From positions 1,536,001 to 1,600,000 of the forward strand of contig CAVSCK010000004.1 in the NCBI GenBank assembly GCA_963726455.1: a stretch of 64,000 nt of DNA, in the 5' to 3' direction. The notes beneath the pieces were generated by a model. The model did no database searches. It saw nothing but the letters and a program-made list of their open reading frames with translations, and had not been told where the DNA came from. A program made the position numbers and the translations under genes. Below, piece by piece: positions 21,012 through 30,974 of the stretch; the first letter of the stretch is position 1; every line of letters begins with the position of its first letter. Source of the stretch: an uncultured bacterium. Lineage in GTDB: Bacteria; Zixibacteria; MSB-5A5; CAIYYT01.

Positions 21012-23238
21012 GTGAATCTTGAACTGGTAATTGCCGTAGTCTATCTCGCCTGCGCAACCCTTCTCTTCATCATCGCCTTTCTGATTTATCAGGAAGATCA
21101 GCGCAAGCGGATCAACCGCATCACGGCATTGATGTTCGGTTTTGCCGGCTTCGGCCCCTTTTCTATGGCCTGGGGCAACTTGGTGGCGCACACTGTCCTG
21201 ACACGTAGCGCACTGTACAATTCCGTCTACGTCTGGGAATTATTCTTCCCGCAACTCGTGTTCTTTGCGCTCTGCTTCCCAACCGAGACTCGCTTCTATC
21301 ACCGTTTCCCAAGGCTGAAGTACATCATTTTCGTTCCCCATGTCTTTCATCTGCTGCTGACCACGGTGCTGGCTAATCCCGACAAGCTCGTGAAAATGAT
21401 TGATCCCCGGGAAATGGGAACGCTGGGCAAGGCGATTTTTGGTCCTCTCGAACAGGTGGCGATGGTGGTGGGCACGCTGTTTTCGATGCTTTCTGGACAG
21501 TCACACCAAGCTATTTTCGATTGTCAATTTCGTCTATGTGATCGTTGCCGCGATCATCCTGTATCAGGGCACCAAGCGCGTTATTGCGCCCCAATTGCGC
21601 AAACAGGTTGTCGTCGTGATCTACGGCATCATCTCCGCACTCGCCCTGTATGTCGTCGGCCTTCATTCTTCCCAATCTGGGCGTGATGGTACTTTCACGC
21701 GGCCTGACGACGACGCTCACTATCCTGGCGTTGATTCTCGGCTGCGGTTCAATCGTCTGGGCGATCGTGCGCTATCGCTTCATGGATGTCCGCCTGATCG
21801 TGCGGCAGTCGCTGGTCTATTCGGCGACTTCAGCGCTGGTGGTCGGCGCGTACGTGCTGATCATACGCCAGATCGAGCGCATCATCTCCACGCTGTTCGG
21901 AGTCAACGTTCCCGGCGTTGAGATAGTCTTCATTATCGTGGCGCTGATTCTATTCCAGCCAGTGATGAACCAGACTCGACGAACTAATCCGTAAACTGTT
22001 CATTCGCGACAAAGCTGACTTTCGCAACATCTCGCAGAACTTTTCCCGACAAGATCGCCTCGATGTTCGAATTGCGGGAGATATTCGCGCTGGCCTACGA
22101 GGTGCTTCACGACCAAGTACTCATTGAGCAAAGCTACATTTTCATCAAGCAGGACAATCCCTCGCGATTGTGCACGATTGTCGCTGCCCAGGACTTCGAG
22201 CGCGGAGCCGTCTTCACCGTCGAGGATGCTCTGGTTGAGGAAGTGTCGCGCAGCGGCGGCGTGATCAATCTGGACGAGCTGATTGCCAAGTTTCCGACAT
22301 CGAACCTGATCCTGCATCTGGCGGAATTGAAGATCCGCTTTTTGACGCCGCTTGTGTCCGGCGATGAGCTTCTTGGCTGCATGGCGGTCTCCGACAAAGT
22401 CTCCGGTTATCGGTTGAATTACGAGGACGTCACAACGCTGGCGACCATTGCCAACCAGTTGGCGGTGGCAATCACCACTTCGCGGCTATACCAGGAATCG
22501 ATCGAGAAACAACGCCTTGAAGAAGAAATGAACATTGCCCGCACGATTCAGAAGGAGCTCTTGCCACGAGAGTTTCCGCGCGGTGTGGATTTCGAGTTTT
22601 CCGCCTACTCCGAACCGTCACGGCAGGTTGGGGGCGACTATTTTGACTTTATCACGACCCCTCGCAAAACCTTCGGCGTCATCGTTGGAGACGCCTCCGG
22701 CAAAGGAATGCCGGCGGCATTGTTGATCAGCCAGATTCAGGCGGCGATTCGATCGGAAATTCGTCATGAAGTGCATCTGGGCAAGGTGCTTTCCAATGTC
22801 AACGACTTGATCCAGCAATCTTCCGATTCCGAGAAATTCGCGACGCTCTTTTTCGCCGAATTCGATCCGAACACGAAGATCCTGCGATACTCCAATGCCG
22901 GGCACAACTATCCGATCGTTGTCTCGGAGGGATCAACTCACCAGCGTCTTGATTGCGGCGGCACGGTGCTGGGGGCATTCCCGGACATCAACTACGATCA
23001 GGGCGAGGTGCAGTTGCGAAAGAATGATGTTCTGTTATTTTACACCGACGGATTGAGTGAAGCCACCAACGAACATGACGAGCAGTACGGCGAGGATCGC
23101 ATCATGACACTTATAACCACGCACCGCCATCTGACGCCGCGCGAAATTGAGCGCAAGATTATCGAAGACGTGCGCGCTTTCGCCGGAAGTGATAGCTTGT
23201 CTGACGATATGACACTGGTAATTCTGAAAGTAATGTAA
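21012..23238 (+). CDS. Membrane-bound PP2C/SpoIIE phosphatase with GAF domain (RsbU-like), several frameshifts
   Basis: Multi-TM N-terminal fragments, GAF-like region, VGGDYFD, GDASGKG, NAGH, YTDGLSE, DDMT. Confidence 0.85.
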
Positions 23239-23239
23239 G

Positions 23240-23771
23240 ATGCGCATTAAAGATCCGATTTCCAGCTTCAGCAACTGCCCTCTTTGCGCCACGCCGCTGC
23301 GACTGGTCGAGCACGATCACCGCGCTCGCATGGTTTGTCCCGCCTGTGACTTCGTCGATTTTCACAATCCGGCCCCGGCCGCCGGCGCGGTAGTCGTTCG
23401 AGTACGGCAAGCTGCTTTTGGTCAAACGCGCCGCCGAGCCCTACGCCGGTGACTGGTGTATTCCGGCCGGCTTTATGGAGTGGGACGAGTCGCCGCAACA
23501 TTGTACCGAGCGCGAGCTCAAGGAGGAAACGGGACTCGACATAGTCGCTGGAAAGATTTTCAATGTCTATTCCGGCACCGATGATCCGCGCACCAACGCC
23601 GTGTTGATTCTCTATTTCTGCGAGGTTGTCTCAGGTACGGCGGTTGCCGGAGACGATGCCGCTGAAGTAGAATTCTTTGGTCTGAAAGAAATTCCTGGCA
23701 ATATCGCCTTCCAGGCGCATCGCCAGGCAATTGCTGATTTGGTTAGTGGCTACCCGGGATTATTGAATTAG
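23240..23771 (+). CDS. NUDIX hydrolase with N-terminal Zn ribbon, frameshifted near 23400
   Basis: CPLC..CPAC..NPAP, then Nudix box GFMEWDESPQHCTERELKEETGL. Confidence 0.85.
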
Positions 23772-23773
23772 CC

Positions 23774-25232
23774 GTGACACTCAAGCAAAAACTATTCTTC
23801 TCGTTTCTGGTGCTGGCATTCTTGCCGACGGCAGCGCTGTTGATTTTCTCTTACCGTCTGGCGACCGAAGGGGCCGATTTGCTGGCGGCGCGGGGTGTGT
23901 CGCAGACTCTTGATGCCGCCGACAGTCTCGCGGTCAATCTGGTTGACTACGAACAGCAGCGGCTACTCGATGAATGCCGCTTCATCGTCAACGCCGACGA
24001 TTCGTTGCGCAAGCGTCTCGTAGCCGTAGATTCGGCCCTTTGTTTCCTGCGGACAACCGACGCATCGGGAACTGTCGAGTATGGCAGACTACCCGAAGAA
24101 GTTCATGGTATTTTCAGCAGGATTGAGCAGATGAACTTCGATTCGTCCGGTCGTACGCCCGTCGATGACCGCCTCCTGTTGTGGGCAACACTCAAGCAGG
24201 ACGGCAAACGCATTATCGGCGGCAGATACCTTTCCGACACAACTTTCGCTCTCGCCAATCGTGTCATGGACGGTCGCGCCAACTATGTCAGTTTGTCGAA
24301 AAATCTACTGCCGGGCGGGAAGAATCTGCTGCTCAAGATTACCATTGCGCTGATAATTGTCTCGCTGATTGTGTCCCTGCTCGCGGCACAGTCGTTGTCG
24401 TTTGGTTTTTCTGCGCCTCTGGAGCGGCTTGTCGATGCCACGCGCCAAATCAGCCGTGGTGATCTCAAGCACCGCATCCCCGTGACCGGAACGGATGAGA
24501 TCGGCGCCCTGACCAGCCACTTCAATACGATGACCGAGTCGCTGGAAGCCGTGACGCGGAATCTTATCGCCGCCGAAAAGGAGATGATCTGGCGCGAAAA
24601 TGCCCGCACTGTAGCACATGAAATCAAGAACCTGCTGACGCCGGTCAATGTGGCGCTGTACCAGATTCGCCACAAGTTTCTGTCCGAGTCTGGCGCCGAT
24701 CCCTCAGCTCGGCAAGGCGGTTGACGCCTTATCAGGAGAGATCGAGGCCATTTCCGACCTCGCGAAGCAGTTTGCCATCTTTGCCCATCCCGCGAAACTG
24801 GCGCGTACTGATATCGAACTGGCTGCCTTGATCAATCAGGTGATTGCGTTACACGCCGGTTCTGCGGGTGAGCGCTCGATCACCGCGATGATCGAGCCGC
24901 CGACACTGACGGTGTTCGCCGATCACGATCTGCTCAAACGGGTTGTCTCGAATCTGCTCAAGAACAGCATCGAGGCAACTTCAGATAAAGGAATCATCAG
25001 CATCAGGGCGGACGAACAGCCGGACAAGAATGTTCTGGAGGTGTCCGACAACGGAATCGGCGCCGACGACAAGTTGGATCTCACGCAACCATACTTCACT
25101 ACCAAGAAGGCAGGTACCGGGCTGGGTTTGGCGATTGTGAAAAAAGTTTGCGAAGCCCACGGTTGGACGTTTAGTTATGGCAATTTGGAAAAGGGATTTT
25201 TCGCCCTTATCGAAATGCCACGGAGTTTATGA
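23774..25232 (+). CDS. HAMP sensor histidine kinase (NtrY-like), frameshifted near 24680
   Basis: HAMP DEIGAL..FNTM, H-box VAHEIKN, NLLKNS, DNGIG, GTGLGL. Confidence 0.85.
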
Positions 25233-26572
25233 AAAATCGAATCTTCATCGTTGATGACGACGCCGCAATCCGCCGTGCACTTGACTCACTTCTGTGTGAC
25301 AAGGGCTATCAAATCAAAGCGTTCGGCTCCGTTGCCGCTTTCCGTCAAGCAGTGGCAGCCAATTGTGTTGCGGTCTTGCTGTTGGACATTGCCCTTCCCG
25401 ATGATGACGGCCTGACCGCACTTCCAAAAATCAAGGACGAATTCCCCGAACTGGAAATCATCATGATCACCGGCGAGGCAACTATCCAGCGCGCCATTCA
25501 GGCAACCAAGTCCGGCGCCTACGATTTTCTGGAGAAACCGGTTGACCCGGAGCGGTTGCTGTTGACGCTGAGAAATCTCTTCGATGCTATCAACCTGCGC
25601 ACCGAGTTGGCGTCCGAACGTGACGACGAACGCTATCGCATCATCGGTGAATCGAAAGCCGTACGCGACATGATCGCCAAGATAACGGCCGTGGCTGCGA
25701 CAGATTCGACCGTCCTTATACTTGGAGAGAACGGAACCGGCAAGGAGTTGGTCGCCGATCAACTCTGGATGCACTCCAAACGTCGACAGCAGCGGCTGGT
25801 CAAACTCAATTGCGCCGCCCTGCCGCATGAGCTGGCTGAGTCGGAGCTTTTCGGCTACCGCAAGGGCGCTTTCACCGGCGCTGAGCGAAATCGCGACGGC
25901 AAGTTCAAGACAGCCGACGGCGGTACGATCTTCCTTGACGAAATCGCGGAACTGTCCCCGGCAATTCAGGCCAAGCTCTTGCGTGTGCTGGAGAGCGGCG
26001 AAATCGAACCCCTCGGTTCCGACACGATTGAAACCGTCGATGTACGGGTCATCACCGCCACCAATCGCAATCTGGAACAACTGGTGTCGACCGGCAAGTT
26101 CCGCACCGATCTTTACTACCGGCTCAACATTGTGCCAATCGAGGTTCCCCCCTTGCGCGACCGTCGCGAGGACATCCCGATTCTTTTACAGCACTTTCTG
26201 CAACGACTCTCCCGCACTACCGGTCTTGGCGTCAAGAATTTCGTGCCCGATGCCACAGGTTACCTTGCGGGGCTTGAATGGCGCGGCAACATCCGAGAAC
26301 TTCGCAATGTCGTCGAGCGCTGCTATATCATGAGCCGGTCGCCCATAATCGACCTGGATGAACTACAGCGCTTGATCGGCGGCTCCGGCTCTAACGACTT
26401 CGATCAAGAGGAAACCACGAACCAACTGATCGCCGCAGTCGGCCAATTCGAGCGGTCATTTCTCAAGTCCGAGTTGGATAAGTATCAGGGGAATATCAGC
26501 GAGCTGGCACGCGCCCTCGGAATCGACCGCGGCAATCTTTCCAAGAAACTGAAGGCCTACGGTCTCGTGTAA
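25229..26572 (+). CDS. Sigma54-dependent response regulator (NtrX/NtrC family)
   Basis: Receiver domain, GENGTGKE, GAFTGA, WRGNIREL, Fis-type HTH. Confidence 0.95.
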   Translation: MKNRIFIVDDDAAIRRALDSLLCDKGYQIKAFGSVAAFRQAVAANCVAVLLLDIALPDDDGLTALPKIKDEFPELEIIMITGEATIQRAIQATKSGAYDFLEKPVDPERLLLTLRNLFDAINLRTELASERDDERYRIIGESKAVRDMIAKITAVAATDSTVLILGENGTGKELVADQLWMHSKRRQQRLVKLNCAALPHELAESELFGYRKGAFTGAERNRDGKFKTADGGTIFLDEIAELSPAIQAKLLRVLESGEIEPLGSDTIETVDVRVITATNRNLEQLVSTGKFRTDLYYRLNIVPIEVPPLRDRREDIPILLQHFLQRLSRTTGLGVKNFVPDATGYLAGLEWRGNIRELRNVVERCYIMSRSPIIDLDELQRLIGGSGSNDFDQEETTNQLIAAVGQFERSFLKSELDKYQGNISELARALGIDRGNLSKKLKAYGLV

Positions 26573-26700
26573 TTTTCACACGGCTAATGCATCTTAATCA
26601 AGTTCGACTCGTAGAAAGGACACAGAGGGCTACCTGCCATTTAGCAGTTGCATGCAGTTTAGCATGTATAGATAATAGCTGCGACTGACTCCGGCATTTC

Positions 26701-26716
26701 CGGCACGATGATTGCT
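26701..26716 (+). promoter_or_regulatory. Sigma54 promoter CGGCACGATGATTGCT
   Basis: GGCAC-N5-TTGC, 38 nt before ATG 26755 and directly downstream of a sigma54 activator gene. Confidence 0.7.
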
Positions 26717-26754
26717 TTGTCGTAGGTCAGGAAGGTTTAAAGGAGACACACATC

Positions 26755-28464
26755 ATGAAATATCTAATGGGATTGTTGACCATAATCGCCCTGACCACAC
26801 CGGCATTGGCTCAGGATTCCTCTGAAATCAGTCTGGAAGTCATCTTCACGCGCACGAACGGCACTATTCAAGCCGTCGGTGCGAGAGATACGGCCAAGGT
26901 CGAGTTCGCCTTCGCCGAAATCCGCAAATCGGCAAACCAGATCCTGATCCGCGACCGAGTCCTGATCTCCGGCGATTCGCTCTTTGTCGGCAACAGGGTT
27001 TTCGCCCTCGACACGTTGACACCCTATGACGTCAACACTTGCTGCGGCGGTTTCAAATTGACCCTGGCTAAACAGGAAGAACGCGCTCATTCCCGGCGCG
27101 CAGTCGACAGGTTTCGCTATGCCTCGTTCCAGAAAGTAAATGTGCCGCCCGGTGATTTCGTGCGCGGCAACGTGTTCTGTGTCGGTGGCGAGGCGGTGAT
27201 TGAAGGCGAGGTCAACGGTTACGTGGTAGCGCTGTTTGGTGATGTCCGCCTGACCAGCGCCGCAATCTGCCAGCGCGACGTCTTTGCTATCGGGGGCGAA
27301 ATTCACAAACATCGGCAGGCCAGAGTTTACGGCACTTACCAGTCTACCGAGTCCTGGCAACAGGCCAAAGTCCACTACCGCAAGAAAGGCACAGCTGACA
27401 AATCTGCCGTGCACGTCGGACTTGATGCCTCGTACACCCGCGTGGACGGCCTATCCCTGATTCCGAGCGTGACCTTTCAGTCGGAGGAGAAACTGCTTCC
27501 CAAGTTTTTTTTCAAATACGGGTACGGCTTTACGTCCAAAGTCTCCAAGTACCAGCTTGGCTTTGAGCAGACGCTGTTTGACGTCAATCAGACCAAGTTC
27601 GGCGGCTCCGTCTATCGCGTGACGGACACAGAGGACGACTGGATTTGCGATGAGAGTGAGAACAATCTGTATGCGTTGCTGATTCGCGAGGATTTCCGCG
27701 ATTACTATCAGGCAGAAGGCGGCAAGATCTTCGCCGAACAGTCGATCGACTACAATCACACATTTCGGCTGGAGTATTCTTACGAAGCGCTGGGTAATAT
27801 GATGGCACATCCGAGATTGTGGTCCCTATTTGGCGGTGACAAACGCTTCCGCGACAATTTTTCGTCAGTTGACCAGGAGCGTCGTAACGACGGCCTGGAG
27901 TATTACAGCACTAAGAACGAAGCTGTTCTTACCGCTTCGTACGTGCTCAACACCGTCGAAGATCAGCGGGGTTCATTGGCGCGCGCCGGATGGGTTGCCG
28001 GAGTGGAGTACGAACATTCATCCATTCAGCTTGGTTCTGATTTTGACTACGATCGCTACACGCTGGAACTGAGGCGTTATCAACCGCTGACCTATATTCA
28101 GAATCTCAATGTGAGATTATTGTACGGCGGCGCATCCGGCACCCTGCCGTTGCACCGTCTGTTCTATCTTGGCGGGATTCGCACTCTGAGAGCTTACGGC
28201 ATCAAACAGTTCTACGGTTCTCATGTGGCGCTGGCTGACGCCGAATATGTCGTCAACTTCCCCAAGAGCGATGTGGGCGTAGCGTTACTGTTCGATATGG
28301 GCAAGACCGGTTGGAATAACAACTTTCTTTCCAAGGGTGGTTGGCATGGTGACGTCGGAATTGGATTCCGCGCCAGCGAATACTTGCGTCTGGAAGTGAC
28401 CCGACAGATAAACGGAGACACCGACAAACTTCAGTTGAGTGCACTGATAGGCAGAAGTTTCTGA
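26755..28464 (+). CDS. Outer-membrane BamA/TamA-like barrel protein with a beta-helix repeat region
   Basis: Signal peptide; GNVFCVGG/GYVVALFGD/DVFAIGG repeats; FYLGGIRTLRAY; terminal Phe. Confidence 0.7.
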   Translation: MKYLMGLLTIIALTTPALAQDSSEISLEVIFTRTNGTIQAVGARDTAKVEFAFAEIRKSANQILIRDRVLISGDSLFVGNRVFALDTLTPYDVNTCCGGFKLTLAKQEERAHSRRAVDRFRYASFQKVNVPPGDFVRGNVFCVGGEAVIEGEVNGYVVALFGDVRLTSAAICQRDVFAIGGEIHKHRQARVYGTYQSTESWQQAKVHYRKKGTADKSAVHVGLDASYTRVDGLSLIPSVTFQSEEKLLPKFFFKYGYGFTSKVSKYQLGFEQTLFDVNQTKFGGSVYRVTDTEDDWICDESENNLYALLIREDFRDYYQAEGGKIFAEQSIDYNHTFRLEYSYEALGNMMAHPRLWSLFGGDKRFRDNFSSVDQERRNDGLEYYSTKNEAVLTASYVLNTVEDQRGSLARAGWVAGVEYEHSSIQLGSDFDYDRYTLELRRYQPLTYIQNLNVRLLYGGASGTLPLHRLFYLGGIRTLRAYGIKQFYGSHVALADAEYVVNFPKSDVGVALLFDMGKTGWNNNFLSKGGWHGDVGIGFRASEYLRLEVTRQINGDTDKLQLSALIGRSF

Positions 28465-28465
28465 T

Positions 28466-29152
28466 GTGATCAATCGCTACGGCTCGGTCCTCATTCTATT
28501 TTTCGTCTGGCTGTCGCCGGCCCTGGCGGCAGAACGGGAGGTTGCGTCGGTGCCTGCTTCGGTATCCGGCGACACCCTGTTCGTACTGTTTCCGTTCGCA
28601 AGTTTCCTGACCTCAGACGATTCCGCCTCAATAGTCGACGGCGAGCCGGTCAGCGTCATTTGCCGTTTGGAGTTGTGGCAAAAGCGCCGGCTCTGGTTTG
28701 ACCGCATGCGAACAGAGTTAATTGCTTATGCAGTAATAAGTTATGATAGGTGGAGCGAGAAATTCGTGGCCGATGCGCTCACCAGTGCAGACACGGACTC
28801 GTCTTTTGATTCGGCTTACCTCGATTCGCTAGCTGGCACGTTACAGTACTTTCTCACATTCCCGTTTCGGCTCCAGCCGGGCGACTATGCCAAAGAAAGT
28901 TACATGGCATATTCTCTTGAATTACAGTACGTTACACCTGACAAGGTCGGCGAATTGAAAGACTGGCTGTTCGGGGGCAAACATAAAAAGTCCCCCTCGA
29001 TTCAACCCCGCGGCCAGTCCCTGCCTGGAAAACTCTTCAATATAGTGCTCAATTCGACCGGATTCCGCAACCGATCGTACGTTCGCAGCTCATTGCCCTT
29101 CTTCCCCGGACAAATCACCGGCTCCATAAGCTTCCCGGCAGCGCTTAACTAA
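28466..29152 (+). CDS. DUF4390-like exported protein
   Basis: Signal peptide; ELWQKRRLWFD..ISYDRWSEKF; DUF4390 commonly neighbours ntrYX. Confidence 0.55.
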   Translation: MINRYGSVLILFFVWLSPALAAEREVASVPASVSGDTLFVLFPFASFLTSDDSASIVDGEPVSVICRLELWQKRRLWFDRMRTELIAYAVISYDRWSEKFVADALTSADTDSSFDSAYLDSLAGTLQYFLTFPFRLQPGDYAKESYMAYSLELQYVTPDKVGELKDWLFGGKHKKSPSIQPRGQSLPGKLFNIVLNSTGFRNRSYVRSSLPFFPGQITGSISFPAALN

Positions 29153-29225
29153 TTGCCCAAGTAGCCGATACCTTTATTGAAGGTTTGGAAAGCGGAACTT
29201 TTATTCGTCCGTAAAGGATTGTGTT

Positions 29226-30965
29226 ATGCCCTTTCAAGCAAGAAACGTGAACAGTCTGGAAAAGACTGACAAATTTATCCTGCCGGTCAGCAATGAGCAG
29301 GGAAGCATACCGTCCGAGACCAGCGCGGAAGACTTACTCACGCGCATGGAACGTTCGGTGAACACGATCACCCAGGCGCGTCCTCATTTGTCAATGAGCA
29401 AGGCCGCCAATGGCGAGATCAGCAACTATAAGACCCTGCTGGAAATCTCGGCCATGGTCAACAGTTCGCTGGTGACGGATGACATTCTTCAAGTAGTGAT
29501 GAAGCGCGCCATCGAGATGATGAAGGCCGAACGCGGCTTTCTGATGCTTTTGGACGAACATAACCAGTTGCAATTCCGTACCGTATACAATCTCTGCAAA
29601 GAAGAATTGATGCAGGAGGACTTCAAGTTCTCCGGATCAATCGCCAACAAAGTCGCAGCGACCGGCGAATCGGTCTACACCTCCGACGCTCAGAACGACG
29701 AACGCTATTCCAAACAGAAATCGATCGCCGAACTGAACCTTCGCTCCGTCATGTGTGTTCCGCTCAAGATACAGGAAAAGGTCATCGGTGTCATATATCT
29801 GGACAATTCGAGCGAGGCCCGCCTCTTCCTCGAAAGCGATCTCTATTTATTCGAACTCTTTGCCACGCAGGCCGCGATTGCGATCAACAACTCCCGACTG
29901 TACGAGAAGATCGTCCGGCTGAAACGTTTCAACGAAAACGTAGTTTCCAATACGCCGGTCGGCCTGGTCGTACTTAGCGGTAAACTCAGAGTAGCCGTAA
30001 TGAATTCGGCGGCCGAAAAGATTTTCGCCCGCAAGTGCCCGGTTGGGACGGCCCTTGACGCTCTGTTGAACGACAGCACCTACGACCGCTGGCAGCAGAG
30101 TTGCCAGAACGTGATTTCCTCGGGTGTTGACGAGTCAATTTCGCGCTGCTACGTATCCGTCGGCGAAGAGGAAAAGGTCGTCGCCGTGAAATTTTCTCCG
30201 ATGGAAGAAGTCGACCATTATGGTCGCGGCGTGATCGTGGTAATCGAGGACATCACCGAAAAGACGATACTGGAAAATTATGTCACGATCTCCGAAAAAC
30301 TGATCGCCAAGGGCGAAATGGCGGCTTCAATCGGCCACGAGCTGAACAACTTCCTCGCGATCATCTCGAACAATGCCGAACTCATGCAGGTACGGCTCAA
30401 AAAGGGCGAATTCGACAAGCTCGAAAAATCGTCGACCGCAATTCTGGATAACATCGACAAGATCAAACGCTTCACCGATAATCTGATGGATCTCTCGAAA
30501 CTCGATCAGGAACTGGTGGTGTACAACCTCAACCGTCTGATTGACGATCTGCTGTTTACGATCAAGTCACAGCAGCGCTTCAAATCGGTCGGATTTGTGG
30601 TAAGAATGTGCCCCGAGCTGCCCGATTGCGAGATCGATGTCGGCCAAATGCAGCAAGTATTTCTCAACCTGCTGTATAACGCCGCTGACGCTCTCGAAAA
30701 CCGCGAAAGCAAGGCCGAAATTCTGATCACCACTCGCACCGAGGGCGATAGTCTCGTCGCCACCGTTCGTGATTCCGGCTGCGGCGTACCGCCGGAAAAC
30801 ATGGAACGGATATTCGAGTCGCATTTCTCGACCAAGACGCACGGCCACGGCCTGGGGCTGTCCAACTGCAAGAGAATTATCGAGAACCATCACGGCACCA
30901 TTACGGTTGACAGCAAGTTGGGTGAGTACACGGAATTCAAGATTGTTCTGCCGCACAAGCGGTAA
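29226..30965 (+). CDS. Cytoplasmic GAF-PAS histidine kinase
   Basis: GAF (AERGFLML, SVMCVPL, IGVIYLDN), PAS, H-box IGHELNN, NLLYNA, DSGCG, GHGLGL; no TM helix. Confidence 0.92.
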   Translation: MPFQARNVNSLEKTDKFILPVSNEQGSIPSETSAEDLLTRMERSVNTITQARPHLSMSKAANGEISNYKTLLEISAMVNSSLVTDDILQVVMKRAIEMMKAERGFLMLLDEHNQLQFRTVYNLCKEELMQEDFKFSGSIANKVAATGESVYTSDAQNDERYSKQKSIAELNLRSVMCVPLKIQEKVIGVIYLDNSSEARLFLESDLYLFELFATQAAIAINNSRLYEKIVRLKRFNENVVSNTPVGLVVLSGKLRVAVMNSAAEKIFARKCPVGTALDALLNDSTYDRWQQSCQNVISSGVDESISRCYVSVGEEEKVVAVKFSPMEEVDHYGRGVIVVIEDITEKTILENYVTISEKLIAKGEMAASIGHELNNFLAIISNNAELMQVRLKKGEFDKLEKSSTAILDNIDKIKRFTDNLMDLSKLDQELVVYNLNRLIDDLLFTIKSQQRFKSVGFVVRMCPELPDCEIDVGQMQQVFLNLLYNAADALENRESKAEILITTRTEGDSLVATVRDSGCGVPPENMERIFESHFSTKTHGHGLGLSNCKRIIENHHGTITVDSKLGEYTEFKIVLPHKR

Positions 30966-30974
30966 TATATCAGC

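Noticed and set aside
29140-29172. Sigma28-like GCCGATA promoter upstream of the GAF kinase (similar site near 51260)
   Set aside because: The -35 match and spacing are too weak to support.
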